A DNA stretch of 64,000 bases. It comes from Thraustochytrium aureum (taxonomy: Eukaryota). Shown piece by piece: positions 36,926 to 47,258 of this stretch. The DNA lies in assembly GCA_012862495.1 (NCBI GenBank), contig BLSG01000197.1, positions 124,591-188,590 of the forward strand. Reading direction: 5' to 3'. The position numbers and the translations under genes are program-made. Each line of letters opens with the position of its first letter. Within the stretch, counting starts at the first letter, position 1. The notes under the pieces are model-generated. The model had not been told where the DNA came from. It did not search any database and worked only from the letters and a program-made list of their open reading frames with translations.

Positions 36926-37781
36926 TCACGGCTCGCCGACGTGGTTCTGTAGCACGCTCGTCCAGAGGAGCGGCGAGTCCGTTTGCACCTGCACAGTACC
37001 CTCAGCGCCTCGTTGGAAGTGCTCACGAGCGAGCCAAAAGCAAGCGTCGAGTTGTCAAGGTCCCACCGCAACCCTTCGTGCTGACCCCGGCGCACGGACC
37101 TCCGAGCGGCAACAGACCGCACGTGCGAGCTTCGAATTCGAGGTTTCGTCGTATCTCGTTCAAACCAGCAGGAAGCAGCAGAGCCAGCGATGTCCGAGAG
37201 AGAAGCACCAAGCTAGAGACGCGCCCCTGCCTGGGGGCGCGCGACCGCAGAGTCAGCAACGCGAAGCCTCAATTTCTTCGCTGGGCCAGCAGGCTCAACG
37301 TACCATTTGAAGAGCATGTCGAGGTTGGCCATCTCGTGGTCCAGCCTCCCGCCGAGCGCCCCAAGGACGGCGATGGAGAGCCCCGACGCCGCCGCGCCTG
37401 GCCCCGCGCCAGCCTCAAACCGCTGCACAGCGACGCCGACAGCCTTGCCCATGTCGTGCATATTTTGGTCCTCGACGAGCACCACCTCGGTGCCGCAGCT
37501 CTCGTAAAACCCCGCACCTCGCTTCGCAGCGAGTCCAGGTCGCCCACGATCACATCCGGCGCATACTCGCGGCGCGCTTGGGCGGTATCAAACCTGTCGA
37601 ACAGCCTGTTGGCGCCGCCGTCCGCGCAGATCCTGGTGCCGGCATTCCGCCACGCCCGCTCAAAGACGCCAGCCGCGAACCCCTCCGGCGCGTTCACCAG
37701 CACCAGGGCGACGTCCTTGGCCCGAGCCGCATGCGCCGCGCTCAGGAAGCCGCACTCGTGCACCACGCGGTGGGCGCGCAT
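36926..37781 (-). CDS. TPK1: Thiamine pyrophosphokinase; one intron (37231-37303) and ~3 indels
   Basis: [52 protein letters not shown] intron restores [12 protein letters not shown]. Then [22 protein letters not shown] and TDSPLLWT, with the stop at 36926. Confidence 0.9.
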
Positions 37782-37973
37782 CGCGTCCCTCCCGTGCCCA
37801 TTTGGCGGCCTGCTGGACCTCATCCCGTCCAACATTGCGTCTCGCCAGGCGCCATGGACAGTGCCTGTTCAGAACGGCGGCGCGGCTGTGCGGCGGCGCG
37901 CAGCGAGGAGACTCGAGGGCGGGCGAAGCGGGACGCCTCGCTCTGCCCGCTGGCGCCCCGCGCGGGCGGGCGG

Positions 37974-38726
37974 ATGGACGGCGAGGACGCGTTCGCGCTG
38001 ACCGAGGAGGAGGCCNNNNNNNNNNNNNNNNNNNNNNNNNNNNNNNNNNNNNNNNNNNNNNNNNNNNNNNNNNNNNNNNNNNNNNNNNNNNNNNNNNNNN
38101 NNNNNNNNNNNNNNNNNNNNNNNNNNNNNNNNNNNNNNNNNNNNNNNNNNNNNNNNNNNNNNNNNNNNNNNNNNNNNNNNNNNNNNNNNNNNNNNNNNNN
38201 NNNNNNNNNNNNNNNNNNNNNNNNNNNNNNNNNNNNNNNNNNNNNNNNNNNNNNNNNNNNNNNNNNNNNNNNNNNNNNNNNNNNNNNNNNNNNNNNNNNN
38301 NNNNNNNNNNNNNNNNNNNNNNNNNNNNNNNNNNNNNNNNNNNNNNNNNNNNNNNNNNNNNNNNNNNNNNNNNNNNNNNNNNNNNNNNNNNNNNNNNNNN
38401 NNNNNNNNNNNNNNNNNNNNNNNNNNNNNNNNNNNNNNNNNNNNNNNNNNNCACGTCGTACGACAAGCTGGAGAGGAGCACTGCGAGGTTGCGCGCCTTC
38501 AACAACTTGTCAGAGCGCAAACTGGCTGGCCACCAAGGCGACGTCCTTGCGCGGCAGATAAAGGTAAGCCCGCCGCGCGCTTCGCAGAAAAGGCGCTCAC
38601 GGTAACTAACTGGTGCATTCTCTCGAGCAGGAGCTGCAGGCGCTTGCGCAAGCTATCGAAAGCATTTCGAGGCGCGTGGAGTCGCTAGATTGCAAGGTCA
38701 AGTCCGCGCTCAGCGGCTCTGCGTAG
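37974..38726 (+). CDS. Small coiled-coil protein, KxDL/KXD1 (BORC/BLOC-1-associated)-like; N gap and intron 38564-38630
   Basis: Clean GTAAG donor, TAACTAAC branch point and CAG acceptor. The spliced product YDKLERSTARLRAFNNLSERKL...IK|ELQALAQAIESISRRVESLDCKV resembles the KxDL domain pattern (LxxFNxLSxxRL...IxxRIxxLK), but the KxDL motif itself is degenerate. Confidence 0.55.
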
Positions 38727-39063
38727 CAGAGCGTGGAGGGCTGGCCGCAGCCGTTCCTGCCGCGCACAGCTGGACCGAGTTCTTGCATCGCTCTGCGCGC
38801 AGGTAGTGTCAGTTTGAGGCAGGAACCTGCTCGCACCTGGACTGGCAGACACCAAGGCAAATCCAACCTCGTTTTTCGTTCACTTCTTCTCCTGCCTGTG
38901 TCCTGGGACGGCGAACTCTTCCTAATTGCCCTCAGCCTGTCGTTCAGGGCGCCAGCAGTCGAAGCGAGTTCCGACGAGGCCGCCTCCAGCCAGGAGGTGC
39001 TTTGTCTGTGTTTCCGAGTGTTTCGCCATCTCTGGATCGGGCGGCGCAAGCGCGGAGCCAAAC

Positions 39064-39143
39064 CCCAGAGAACAGCTCCAAGTGCGACTCCGCCGAATGG
39101 CCCAGAGAACAGCTCCAAGCGCGACTCCGCCGAAGGGCCCAGG
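39064..39143. repeat. 37-bp tandem duplication
   Basis: cccagagaacagctccaag(t/c)gcgactccgccgaa(t/g)gg x2. Confidence 0.9.
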
Positions 39144-39459
39144 ACAGTCCCCATCGCGAGGCGAAACCGGCTGAGACGAGACGAGCGGTAAAGGCGGCGT
39201 CGATTAGCCGGGGATCTTGACACTGATGAGGAAGCACAATCCCGGTACGGACCGGTCGCTGAACGATGCGTGCCGCCTGGAACAGCATGTTGCGTTGGCC
39301 TCGTCCTGAGGGCTTTGCGAGGCCGCAGCTTTGCTCGGCTGTGGTGCGTGGCGCTGTCGAAAAGCGCAGCACGCCAGAACAGCCAATGGACACCATCAGG
39401 TTGTGCCTGAGTTGCTTCTTGTGTCAAGTAGCTCAGCTCTAAAGCCAGGATGTCGAGGT

Positions 39460-42117
39460 CTAGCGCGGCGAGTCGGCGGCACGGTTTTTGAGGTCCTCGC
39501 TGAGTGCGATCGACCAGTCAGGGAAACCAGCCTGTGCCTTGTTGCGATCAAACAGCGCAACGAGGCGCTCAAAGTAGAGCTTGTGCAGCGCGTCAGTCTC
39601 GGCGTCGCTCGGGTTGCCTGGCACTGCGCACCTCGCCGGAATCCGCTCACCGAGCGCGAGGGTCATTTTCACTCTGTTGGGGATCGGGAGAACGCCGAGG
39701 CGGCCGACGGGGAAGAACGGGAGCGGAAACCCAAGCAGGCGGCGCGTGAATCGCTGAAGCGGAGGACAGCTGATGTTCTGGATTGCCTGGAGCTCTCCAA
39801 AGGAGAACGCAGGCACCAAGTCGGCCCCGTGCTCGAGCGCGACGCGGATAAAGCCTTTGTGCCGGTTGCACACAACAACACGGCGAAGGCGCATGTTTTC
39901 GCCCGAGTGAAAGAGGATCTCGCCCTGGCCGCCCGGGACGAGCATGACAGTCTCGCCGCGCGCGAGGCAGCCTTTGACAACCGGCCGGCTAACTTCGAGC
40001 CCCCCAGCCCACTGTGTAAACTCGCGCATGAATGGGATGGTGTGGATGAAAGCGTCCGCAAGGGGCCGCGGCATGAGGGTGCCGAAGACGGACCGCCAGC
40101 GTGGGGTGAGATGCGACCAAACGAGCGTGCAGGGAAAGAGGCCGTGAGGGTGAAATCCAATAACTCTGGGAACGGGATCGCAGCCCTCGGTTTCACGACA
40201 ATAGTCGTAGTTGCTTGCATTGCGCGGCCATGGCGCAGCAGCGATTGGTTGGCAGGAGGGCGCCTTGGCTTCGAGTCGGCCGCTCTCGCCTTCGACGATG
40301 ATTTGCTGGTCAAAGTAGTCCTCGATGAGGCCCCAACAGTCCAGCAATCGGACCTCTTTCCAGAAGCGCCACCCGGTGAGCTCTGGACGGTCGCGCCACG
40401 TGACGAGCAGGTAGGAGAGGTGGATGATGGTCATGCCAATCATGACTGGCAACGCGTTAAACTGGTTGGACCAGTAGTGCCAGAGCATGAGGGAGAGCGG
40501 AACAATAAGCACAAAGGCGACGACGGTCTCCTGAGCAACGCCCCACGGAACGCGCATCTTGGCCGAGAATACCTTGAGCGCGCCCTGAAAAACGACAGGG
40601 AAGATGTACGAGCCGCAAAACACGAACGACCAGCCATCCATAGCTGCTTCCCCGACTGTGTAGTCGACGCCGCCCTGGCGAAGAAGATAGGCGTAGATCT
40701 GAAAGGGCATGAACGAGCCCCACCATCCGATCAGGTAGCAGTTCCAGAGCGCTGTGACAAAGGCGAGCTGCACCGAGTCGCGGAGCCAGCGCCGCGTTGA
40801 GCGCAGGGCTGAGGGCTCTGCGTTCGGAGACGCGGCCGTCCTCCGGCGAAGGTCCAGTAGCACTGCGACAAGTGCAAGCGACGCCAGGGCCAGACCAAGG
40901 AAGCGCGGCTGGAAAAAGACCCGGCAGAGCTCAGTGGCGGCGAATAATGCTCCAGCAGGGTTGGCCTCGTCGTAAAGGGAGATCGTCAGGAAGGCGGACG
41001 AGATGGCCGCCGAGACCAGAAAGGCGCGCAGTGATTCGAGGAGGGCTCTGGTCGCCTCTGCGCGGGTTCCCGCGCACGGCACGCCCTCGTCGCGAGACAT
41101 GGCCAGGGCGAAACTCTGCAAGCCTGCCCAAACGGTGGGCAGAATGCAGCACATAAGCAGGCCGATCACGAAGGCGATCGACTTGCCGTCGCCTCTCGCC
41201 AGCGCTTGGCTGGCCGACGCCTCCGTGGACGCGGGCGCGGCTTCGAGGAATGGCAGTGTGACATTGTCGAGGGTCGAGATCCAAACGATGAACGGGATGC
41301 CGATGACAGAGACCCAGGATCGCAGAGACGACAGGGGCCGCCGGGCGCGGCCTGGCGGGTGCGGCTGGCCCTCGACATTGACAGCCAATCCGAGAAGAAG
41401 AGCTGTCGAGTACGAGACGGACGATGCCCAGGCGAACGGGGAGCTCCCGGAGCTCTCGCGGAAGAAGAGCTTGGCGAATTGGAAAACGGGGGCAAACTGG
41501 CTCTCGAAGCAAAAATGCAGGAATTGCCACGACATGCTGTGGAAAATGGCCGTCACCCACAGAGCGAGCGCGGCAGCGGCAGCCCAGGCCACGGGCTCGG
41601 GGCGGGCATGTCCGCCCACAAAGGCGCCCACAGCTCGGCGAATGAGCGTGGCGCAGACCAAGCCAAACATAAAAACGATCGTGTGCGTGAAAGCGCCCAT
41701 GAAAGCAAACTCTCGGCTCGTGCGAAGGTCGTTGAGCCCGTGCTGCTCGTTAAAGTGGTGCACCTCGCCCGGATAAAGGGCGATTGCAGCCATGACGTCG
41801 CGTCCAGCGAGGGTGTAGAGGTCCGGGAGCACGCGGAGATGCCAGATCCACGCAATCAGGAAGAACGATGTCCCGTAGTTGATGCTACGCGACTGTGAAG
41901 CCTGGTCGCCGCAGCATGCGCTCTTCGCCTTTTTGCGGCGCTGGCTGGGGCTTTCGCTCGGGGTGGCAGAGCCCTGTTGAGTAGTTGAGGCTTGCGGCAC
42001 GGCATCGACTTGCAGCCTTTCCTTTGCTCGAGTTCGCGGCGGAGAGGCGCATGCCTTGCTCCACGGCTGCGCCCCGAGCCTAGATCCGCCGGCGGGGGAT
42101 AGTGGCGCGGGATCCAT
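39460..42117 (-). CDS. DGAT2: DGAT2/MOGAT-family acyltransferase with a long multi-TM N-terminal extension
   Basis: C-terminal DAGAT motifs GFHPHGLFP, LVPGGQGE, RHKGFIRVALEHGADLVPAFSFGE and LHKLYFERLVALFD. About 550 upstream residues carry many hydrophobic helices. Likely start is MDPAPLSP. Confidence 0.88.
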   Translation of the reverse strand: MDPAPLSPAGGSRLGAQPWSKACASPPRTRAKERLQVDAVPQASTTQQGSATPSESPSQRRKKAKSACCGDQASQSRSINYGTSFFLIAWIWHLRVLPDLYTLAGRDVMAAIALYPGEVHHFNEQHGLNDLRTSREFAFMGAFTHTIVFMFGLVCATLIRRAVGAFVGGHARPEPVAWAAAAALALWVTAIFHSMSWQFLHFCFESQFAPVFQFAKLFFRESSGSSPFAWASSVSYSTALLLGLAVNVEGQPHPPGRARRPLSSLRSWVSVIGIPFIVWISTLDNVTLPFLEAAPASTEASASQALARGDGKSIAFVIGLLMCCILPTVWAGLQSFALAMSRDEGVPCAGTRAEATRALLESLRAFLVSAAISSAFLTISLYDEANPAGALFAATELCRVFFQPRFLGLALASLALVAVLLDLRRRTAASPNAEPSALRSTRRWLRDSVQLAFVTALWNCYLIGWWGSFMPFQIYAYLLRQGGVDYTVGEAAMDGWSFVFCGSYIFPVVFQGALKVFSAKMRVPWGVAQETVVAFVLIVPLSLMLWHYWSNQFNALPVMIGMTIIHLSYLLVTWRDRPELTGWRFWKEVRLLDCWGLIEDYFDQQIIVEGESGRLEAKAPSCQPIAAAPWPRNASNYDYCRETEGCDPVPRVIGFHPHGLFPCTLVWSHLTPRWRSVFGTLMPRPLADAFIHTIPFMREFTQWAGGLEVSRPVVKGCLARGETVMLVPGGQGEILFHSGENMRLRRVVVCNRHKGFIRVALEHGADLVPAFSFGELQAIQNISCPPLQRFTRRLLGFPLPFFPVGRLGVLPIPNRVKMTLALGERIPARCAVPGNPSDAETDALHKLYFERLVALFDRNKAQAGFPDWSIALSEDLKNRAADSPR

Positions 42118-43237
42118 TGCCAAAGCCAAGAGGAGCTTCTGGCGTCGCCACGCTCGCAGTGCACTCCACGAGCGCCCCCGGGGCCCACACAGCGCTAAGT
42201 ACGGTTGTCGCCGGCCCGTTTCGAAGCTGTGCAACGGTGGGCCGTAATGCAGCACTTGTGAGACTGCTCGGCCGCCTTCGCGTTCTGCCCTTCAAAGCAA
42301 GGCCTTGCACGCTCGCCACGCGTCCGCCACCAAGCCGTCCGTGGCCAAGTCTTCCCACCCGCGACCCAGCCAGCCCAGCCGGCCTCGAACCTCCAGAGCA
42401 GCGCGACCAGGCCCGGCGACTGTGTGGCGTACTCGACGTCTGATCAGAGGCGAATGCGCTCCGTTCGCGTCTCGACGAGCTCGCGACAACTATGTCCGGT
42501 GTTTGCACTCGTTCGTTCAATCAACTTGTTGCACTCGTACTTGCTCTGCTGTCATGTCCGTCGATGAAAGCGTTCCGCAAAAACGCCAACGAACCAACGA
42601 GCAGCTCCCTCGTTCCTCCCCGCAGTAAGAGAAACACGTGCGCACCTCAAAGTCGGCTCTCCTTCCTTCCGATCATGCGCTGGACTCGCAGAGCGGGGCC
42701 AGAGTCCATGGCCGCGAGTCCTCCCTCGCCGGCCAAGTGCAACCACGACGGTACTCGTAGGTAGAGTAAGTAATTCGCGCGCGAGGCTGCACGAGTGGGC
42801 GCCGTGGCGGACAGACTGCTCGCGGCCTTGAACCTCGACATCTTCGCGACATCTTCGCGGTGCGGAGACTCGGAAAAGAGTCAAAACAAAGACGAAAGTC
42901 ACAGAACAGAATAAGAAAGCTTCAGGTGATCGCTCAAACGGAGCGCGGGCTTTAAATGTCGACCCGCAAGTGCAGGGCGCAAGCCTTTCGCTTTTAAGGC
43001 AGGTGGCCTGGATTGCGGCAGGCGCAGGTGAGGTGACCGCCCTCCAATGCCGGCCCTGCGCGCGAACAGAAGCCCACAGACGGACAGACAGACAGATAGG
43101 CCAAGTCAAGTCAGGCTGTTGGTTGTCGTAGACAGACCCGCAACGGAGACCAGCACGGCAGCAATCGAATCGCTGGAGCAGAATCGGCTGCAGGTGGGCT
43201 GAGGAACAGCACGAGGTGGCTTGCAACGGACGCGAGA

Positions 43238-44444
43238 ATGGGGCCTTTTCGCACGCGGCTGACCGAGCTGCTCGGCATCGAGCACCCGATCAGTGAGTTG
43301 AGTTTGTGCGCTTGGTGTGCTGGGTGCTTGCACAGACGGGCAGCCGCGAAAGAGATACTGACGCAGACCGCGCGAGGCAGTTGAGGGCGGCATGACAATG
43401 GCGCGTGAGGCGCACGGGCGCAGCCACGTGGAGCTCGCCGCCGCGGTGAGCACGCTGGGTGCCTCGGCATGATTGCGGCGCTCAACTCGGGGTCGCCAGA
43501 GAACCTGAAGAAGGACATCGCCCGCATGCGCTCGCTCACGGACAAGCCGTTCGGGGTCAACCTCACCATCCTCCCTTCGATGAACCCGCCCGACTACGAG
43601 AGCTTTGCGCGCGCGATCATCGAGTCAGGGATCAAGATCGTCGAGACCGCCGGTTCAAACCCCAAGCAGTGGGTTTCCATGTTCAAGTCCGCGGGCATTA
43701 TCTCCATTCACAAGTGCGTGACCGTCCGCCATGCGCTCTCTGCGGAGAAGATGGGCGTCGACGTGATCTCCCTCGACGCCTTCGAGTGCGCCGGACACCC
43801 CGGCGAGGCTGGTAAGTAGTGTTTGCCTAGCTCTAGAGCTTTGCGCGCCGCAGGGCGCCGAGCAGCTTGCCCTCGGGAAACCGTGAATCTGACACGCGGG
43901 CCCGCCGCAAACAGACGTTGGCGGCATGGTTTTGTTCGCCCGCGGCGCCCAGGAGCTCAAGTCGATCTGGGTCGCGTCGGGCGGCATCGCCACCGGCCGA
44001 CAGATGGCCGCTTGTCTCGCCCTCGGCGCGAGCGGCGTCAACATGGGAACTGCCTTCTGCGCCACCAAAGAGTGCCCTTGGCCGGACCAGTTCAAGCAGG
44101 CCATCGTGGACGCTCCGGAGACGCAAACCGTGCTCATGTTCCGCCAGCTCCACAACACCGCGCGTGTGTTCAAGAACAAGATCGCCTCCGAGGTCGAGCG
44201 CATCGAGAAGGAGAAGGGGTCCAACCTTGAATTCAGCGACGTGGCTCAGCTCGTGGCTGGCCAGAACGGCCGGGAGGCCGAGGCGACCGGCAACGTGGAC
44301 GGTGGCATTTGGACTGCCGGCCAGTGCGTAGGCCTGATCCACGACGTGCCTTCGTGCCAAGAGTTTGTGGAGCGGTTCGTGCACGAAGCAGAGTCAACCA
44401 TCAAGCACCAACTTGGCGGCATGCTTGGAGGCGCCCGCCTCTGA
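43238..44444 (+). CDS. Nitronate monooxygenase / FabK-like FMN TIM-barrel oxidoreductase; introns 43293-43380 and 43812-43914; 1-bp indel at ~43451
   Basis: MGPFRTRLTELLGIEHPI|IEGGM, ELAAAVS(N)AG, TDKPFGVNLT, ETAG, HKC, DAFECAGHPGEA|DVG, ASGGIATGRQMAACLALGASGVNMGT, GQCVGLIHDVPSC. Both introns are GT..AG with in-frame splicing. Confidence 0.92.
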
Positions 44445-44503
44445 GCCCGAGCACCGCATGTGTGGTTGGATGAGGTGCATGCCATGGATCCGCGAGGTGC
44501 CCC

Positions 44504-44563
44504 GCTCTCGCTCTCTCGCTCTCGCTCTCCTAGCTCTCGCTCTCTCGCTCTCTCACTCTCCTA
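44504..44563. repeat. CT-rich low-complexity tract (CTCTCG)n between convergent 3' ends
   Basis: ctctcgctctctcgctctcgctctcctag... read directly. Confidence 0.8.
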
Positions 44564-44637
44564 GCGTCAGGCGGGTGAGAAACCCGACATCGGTCAGGTC
44601 GCCCCCTCGAGTCATTTTTTTATGAAAAGTTTACAGC

Positions 44638-46637
44638 TCAGAAGACGACCTCCTCAACTCGCTTCTCGACAACATCGAGCAGCTCCAGAACGCGCTCCTC
44701 GTCCATCATGACGCGAAGGTCTTGCTGGCCCTTGCCACGCAACGCATCGGCGGAGGCTTCCTTGCGCACCGTCTCCAAGACAACCTTTTTGCTGCCAAAG
44801 GCATGAAAGAGGCGCGTGTCCAAGCACCGCACGTACACGTTGTCGACGCGCAGCCACATGCGCTGGAGAGCGAAAAAGCACGTTGGCATGACGCGGACCT
44901 TGACGGTAAGCTTTGACTCGCCATTATCAAAGAGGTCGTCCTCGAACAAGACCAGCGAGTCGAAATACAGGATCGGGTCCCTTCGTTTGAGCAGCTCGTA
45001 ATCGAGCCCCTCGGCAGACGCGCGGACTTGCGGAGGCCGGTTTGGCTTGCCCTCGGCGCGCTCGGCCAGGGAGATGAACGAACCACCGTACGTGGATGTA
45101 AAAGTCCAGTCATAGTCGTCCCGCCACGACTTGATCTCTTCTCCGTTGTAGTCCTTGCGATTGGCCCACTTTTCTGCGTTCGGGAGCTTGAAGAGGACCC
45201 GGTCCGGCTCGCCGGCGGCGTCGCGAGAGATCTTGCAACAGCAAGCGGCGTCCAGGGCGTTGAACTCGATCACCGTGCCGCTCGACCGGTGCTCGAAGCG
45301 AGCAAAATTGCGCCCAAACATCATCTCCGGGAGGGGAAAGTCCAGTTCAAACCCATTGAAGCGATGTGCCTCCTTGAGCTCGTCGATCTCCGCGTCGCTC
45401 GAGATGCGCGTCTTACTGGTGGTGATCTCCCAGCCTCCAATGCGGATGCCAGAATCGCCAACGAGTTCGTGAGGCACCGCTGAGCTGGCAATCGCAGCAG
45501 GGGCCGATGGGCTGCATGAGGCACCCGCTACCAACCGTGGGCTGGCGCCTCTGGCGCCAGCGCCGGCAATTGGCTTTCGCGACACCTTAAAGTAGTTCAC
45601 GAGCGCGTCCCCGCCACCGCGCGCCTGCGCCGCCATTGCAAAGGGGCTCCTCGCCATTGCTGGCTGTCCCTGGCCCGCCACTTGGGGGTGGTCAAGAGCC
45701 TCGAGGTCGGCCTCGCTCAGCTCCCAGGTGCAGGGGAACAGCTGGCCGAACAAAAAGTGCTGGGCCACTGGAAACTTGCCCAGCACCTCCGCGCGGTACA
45801 TCCGGTGCATGCCCTCATTGACTTCCTTCCAAGACCGCACCAGGCCCCGATGTCGGCCAAAAGCGGCGAGTGCTCCTGGAACGGTCCTGTTTTCAGGTCG
45901 GAGATCCTCTTGATGGCCCTCATGAACAAGTTTTTCGCTTGCAACGCCTCCACGACGTCCCCGTTGCGCAGCGATTTCGGGGTTCCGGCGATAGATCGCC
46001 CGTGCGTTTGGCACAGCTGTGACGAGCCCAGCAAGAACGGGAGCATGTGGTAGTCGTCAAGCGACCAGACACCGTGCGAACCTGCCGGCTCTAGCCGGTA
46101 CCTCGACTGCGCCTCGTACACTACGTCAAGGTAGCGCGGAAACACACAGAGCGCTGCGCCTTCAATATCCTCCAGGACGCCCGCCTTGCTCAGGGCCATG
46201 AGGAACACCACGAACGAGGCCTCGTGACCAGTCCCATAGTCGAGCCGGGTCATGTTGCCAAAGCTGTTCCACCAATAGCCCGCGATCTCTTGCGCGTGGT
46301 CCGGGGCCACGCGCGCGACGTCCTGAGCGCTGGAGGCCTTGACGCTCTCCAGCCAGGATCTGAAAGCCGCGTTTCCGAAGCGGGAGGCTTGCTCGAGCGG
46401 CGGAAACTCGGCAAACTTGCTGCACGCGCCGTCGAGCAACCGCAGAGCACCCTTCACACCCTCGCAAGAGCCCGCGTACTCACTCGCGCGCACTACGTCC
46501 TTCCCTTGCGCGGCATCGTTCAGCGCGTCCAAGAAGCCCTCGAGGTCTTGAAGCGCCGGGGAGGCAAGGAACGCTGTGAGGTGGTCTGGTCGCGCGATGC
46601 GCTTCCGCGGAGCTTGGTCCGTGTCCTGGCCGCTCAT
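44638..46637 (-). CDS. PTPA (PP2A activator, Rrd1/2) - TIP41/TIPRL fusion protein; 1-bp indel at 45845-45848
   Basis: PTPA motifs SRFGNAAFRSW, SFGNMTRLDYGTGHE, YRLEPAGSHGVWSLDDYHMLPFLLGSSQL, GPFQEHSPLL and MYRAEVLGKFPVAQHFLFG. After a linker, TIP41 motifs follow in the same ORF: GWEITTSK, LPEMMFG, IEFNALDA, YDWTFTSTYGG, DPILYFDSLVLFEDDLFDNG, KVRVMP and LRVDNVYVRCLDTR. Confidence 0.9.
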
Positions 46638-47258
46638 CGCGGATCGGAGCGGCCGCGACTTGAGACCACGCACTCTGCTCTCGAAAGGCTGCGCGCAATC
46701 CCCGCCACTTGCCGCTTGCGCCCTGCTGCTGCGCTGGCGAAGCTGCTCTGCTCCGCTCTCGAGGTGGTGAGGTGGATTTTCTCAGTTTCTGTAGGTATGA
46801 GGAATGTTCGCGAGCAGCTCATGCATCGGTGAAGGGCCCGACGGCTGCTCTGATCGACGCGAGCCAGGCAGGGCCAGCCGCGGTGGCGCCACGGGACTAA
46901 AAGGTGCGTGCGATGTGCGCGCGAGTGTCTTTTTTGCAAACGTTCTTCAGAAGCAAAGCTACCATGTCACTACCATCCTTCCATACGTTTGCCCTGCGCG
47001 GTCCTTGTTCACCGTGCTGCATGATCTCGCCGAGCGCACGCGACTCGGCTAGCTCTGCTCTCTCTCTACTACTAGCTAGCTAGTAGAGCACGGCCCGGGG
47101 TCTGGAGCTCGAGAGCTAGAATGTGAACTGCTGTTCTAGCGAACTGACCTCTTCTGGGCGAAACGCCTTTTGCCGCGACGCCATGGCTCGTGTGGACGCA
47201 GGCGAGAATACAAACTTTGGCTCCGGGAGAGTCCCGCCAGGCGTCCGCGCAGGCGTGC

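Noticed and set aside
34788..37781. Functional link between the PTS-like transporter and the adjacent thiamine pyrophosphokinase (thiamine uptake module)
   Set aside because: Only adjacency supports it. The genes are convergent and separated by a repeat remnant, and TPK is an ordinary intron-containing eukaryotic gene.
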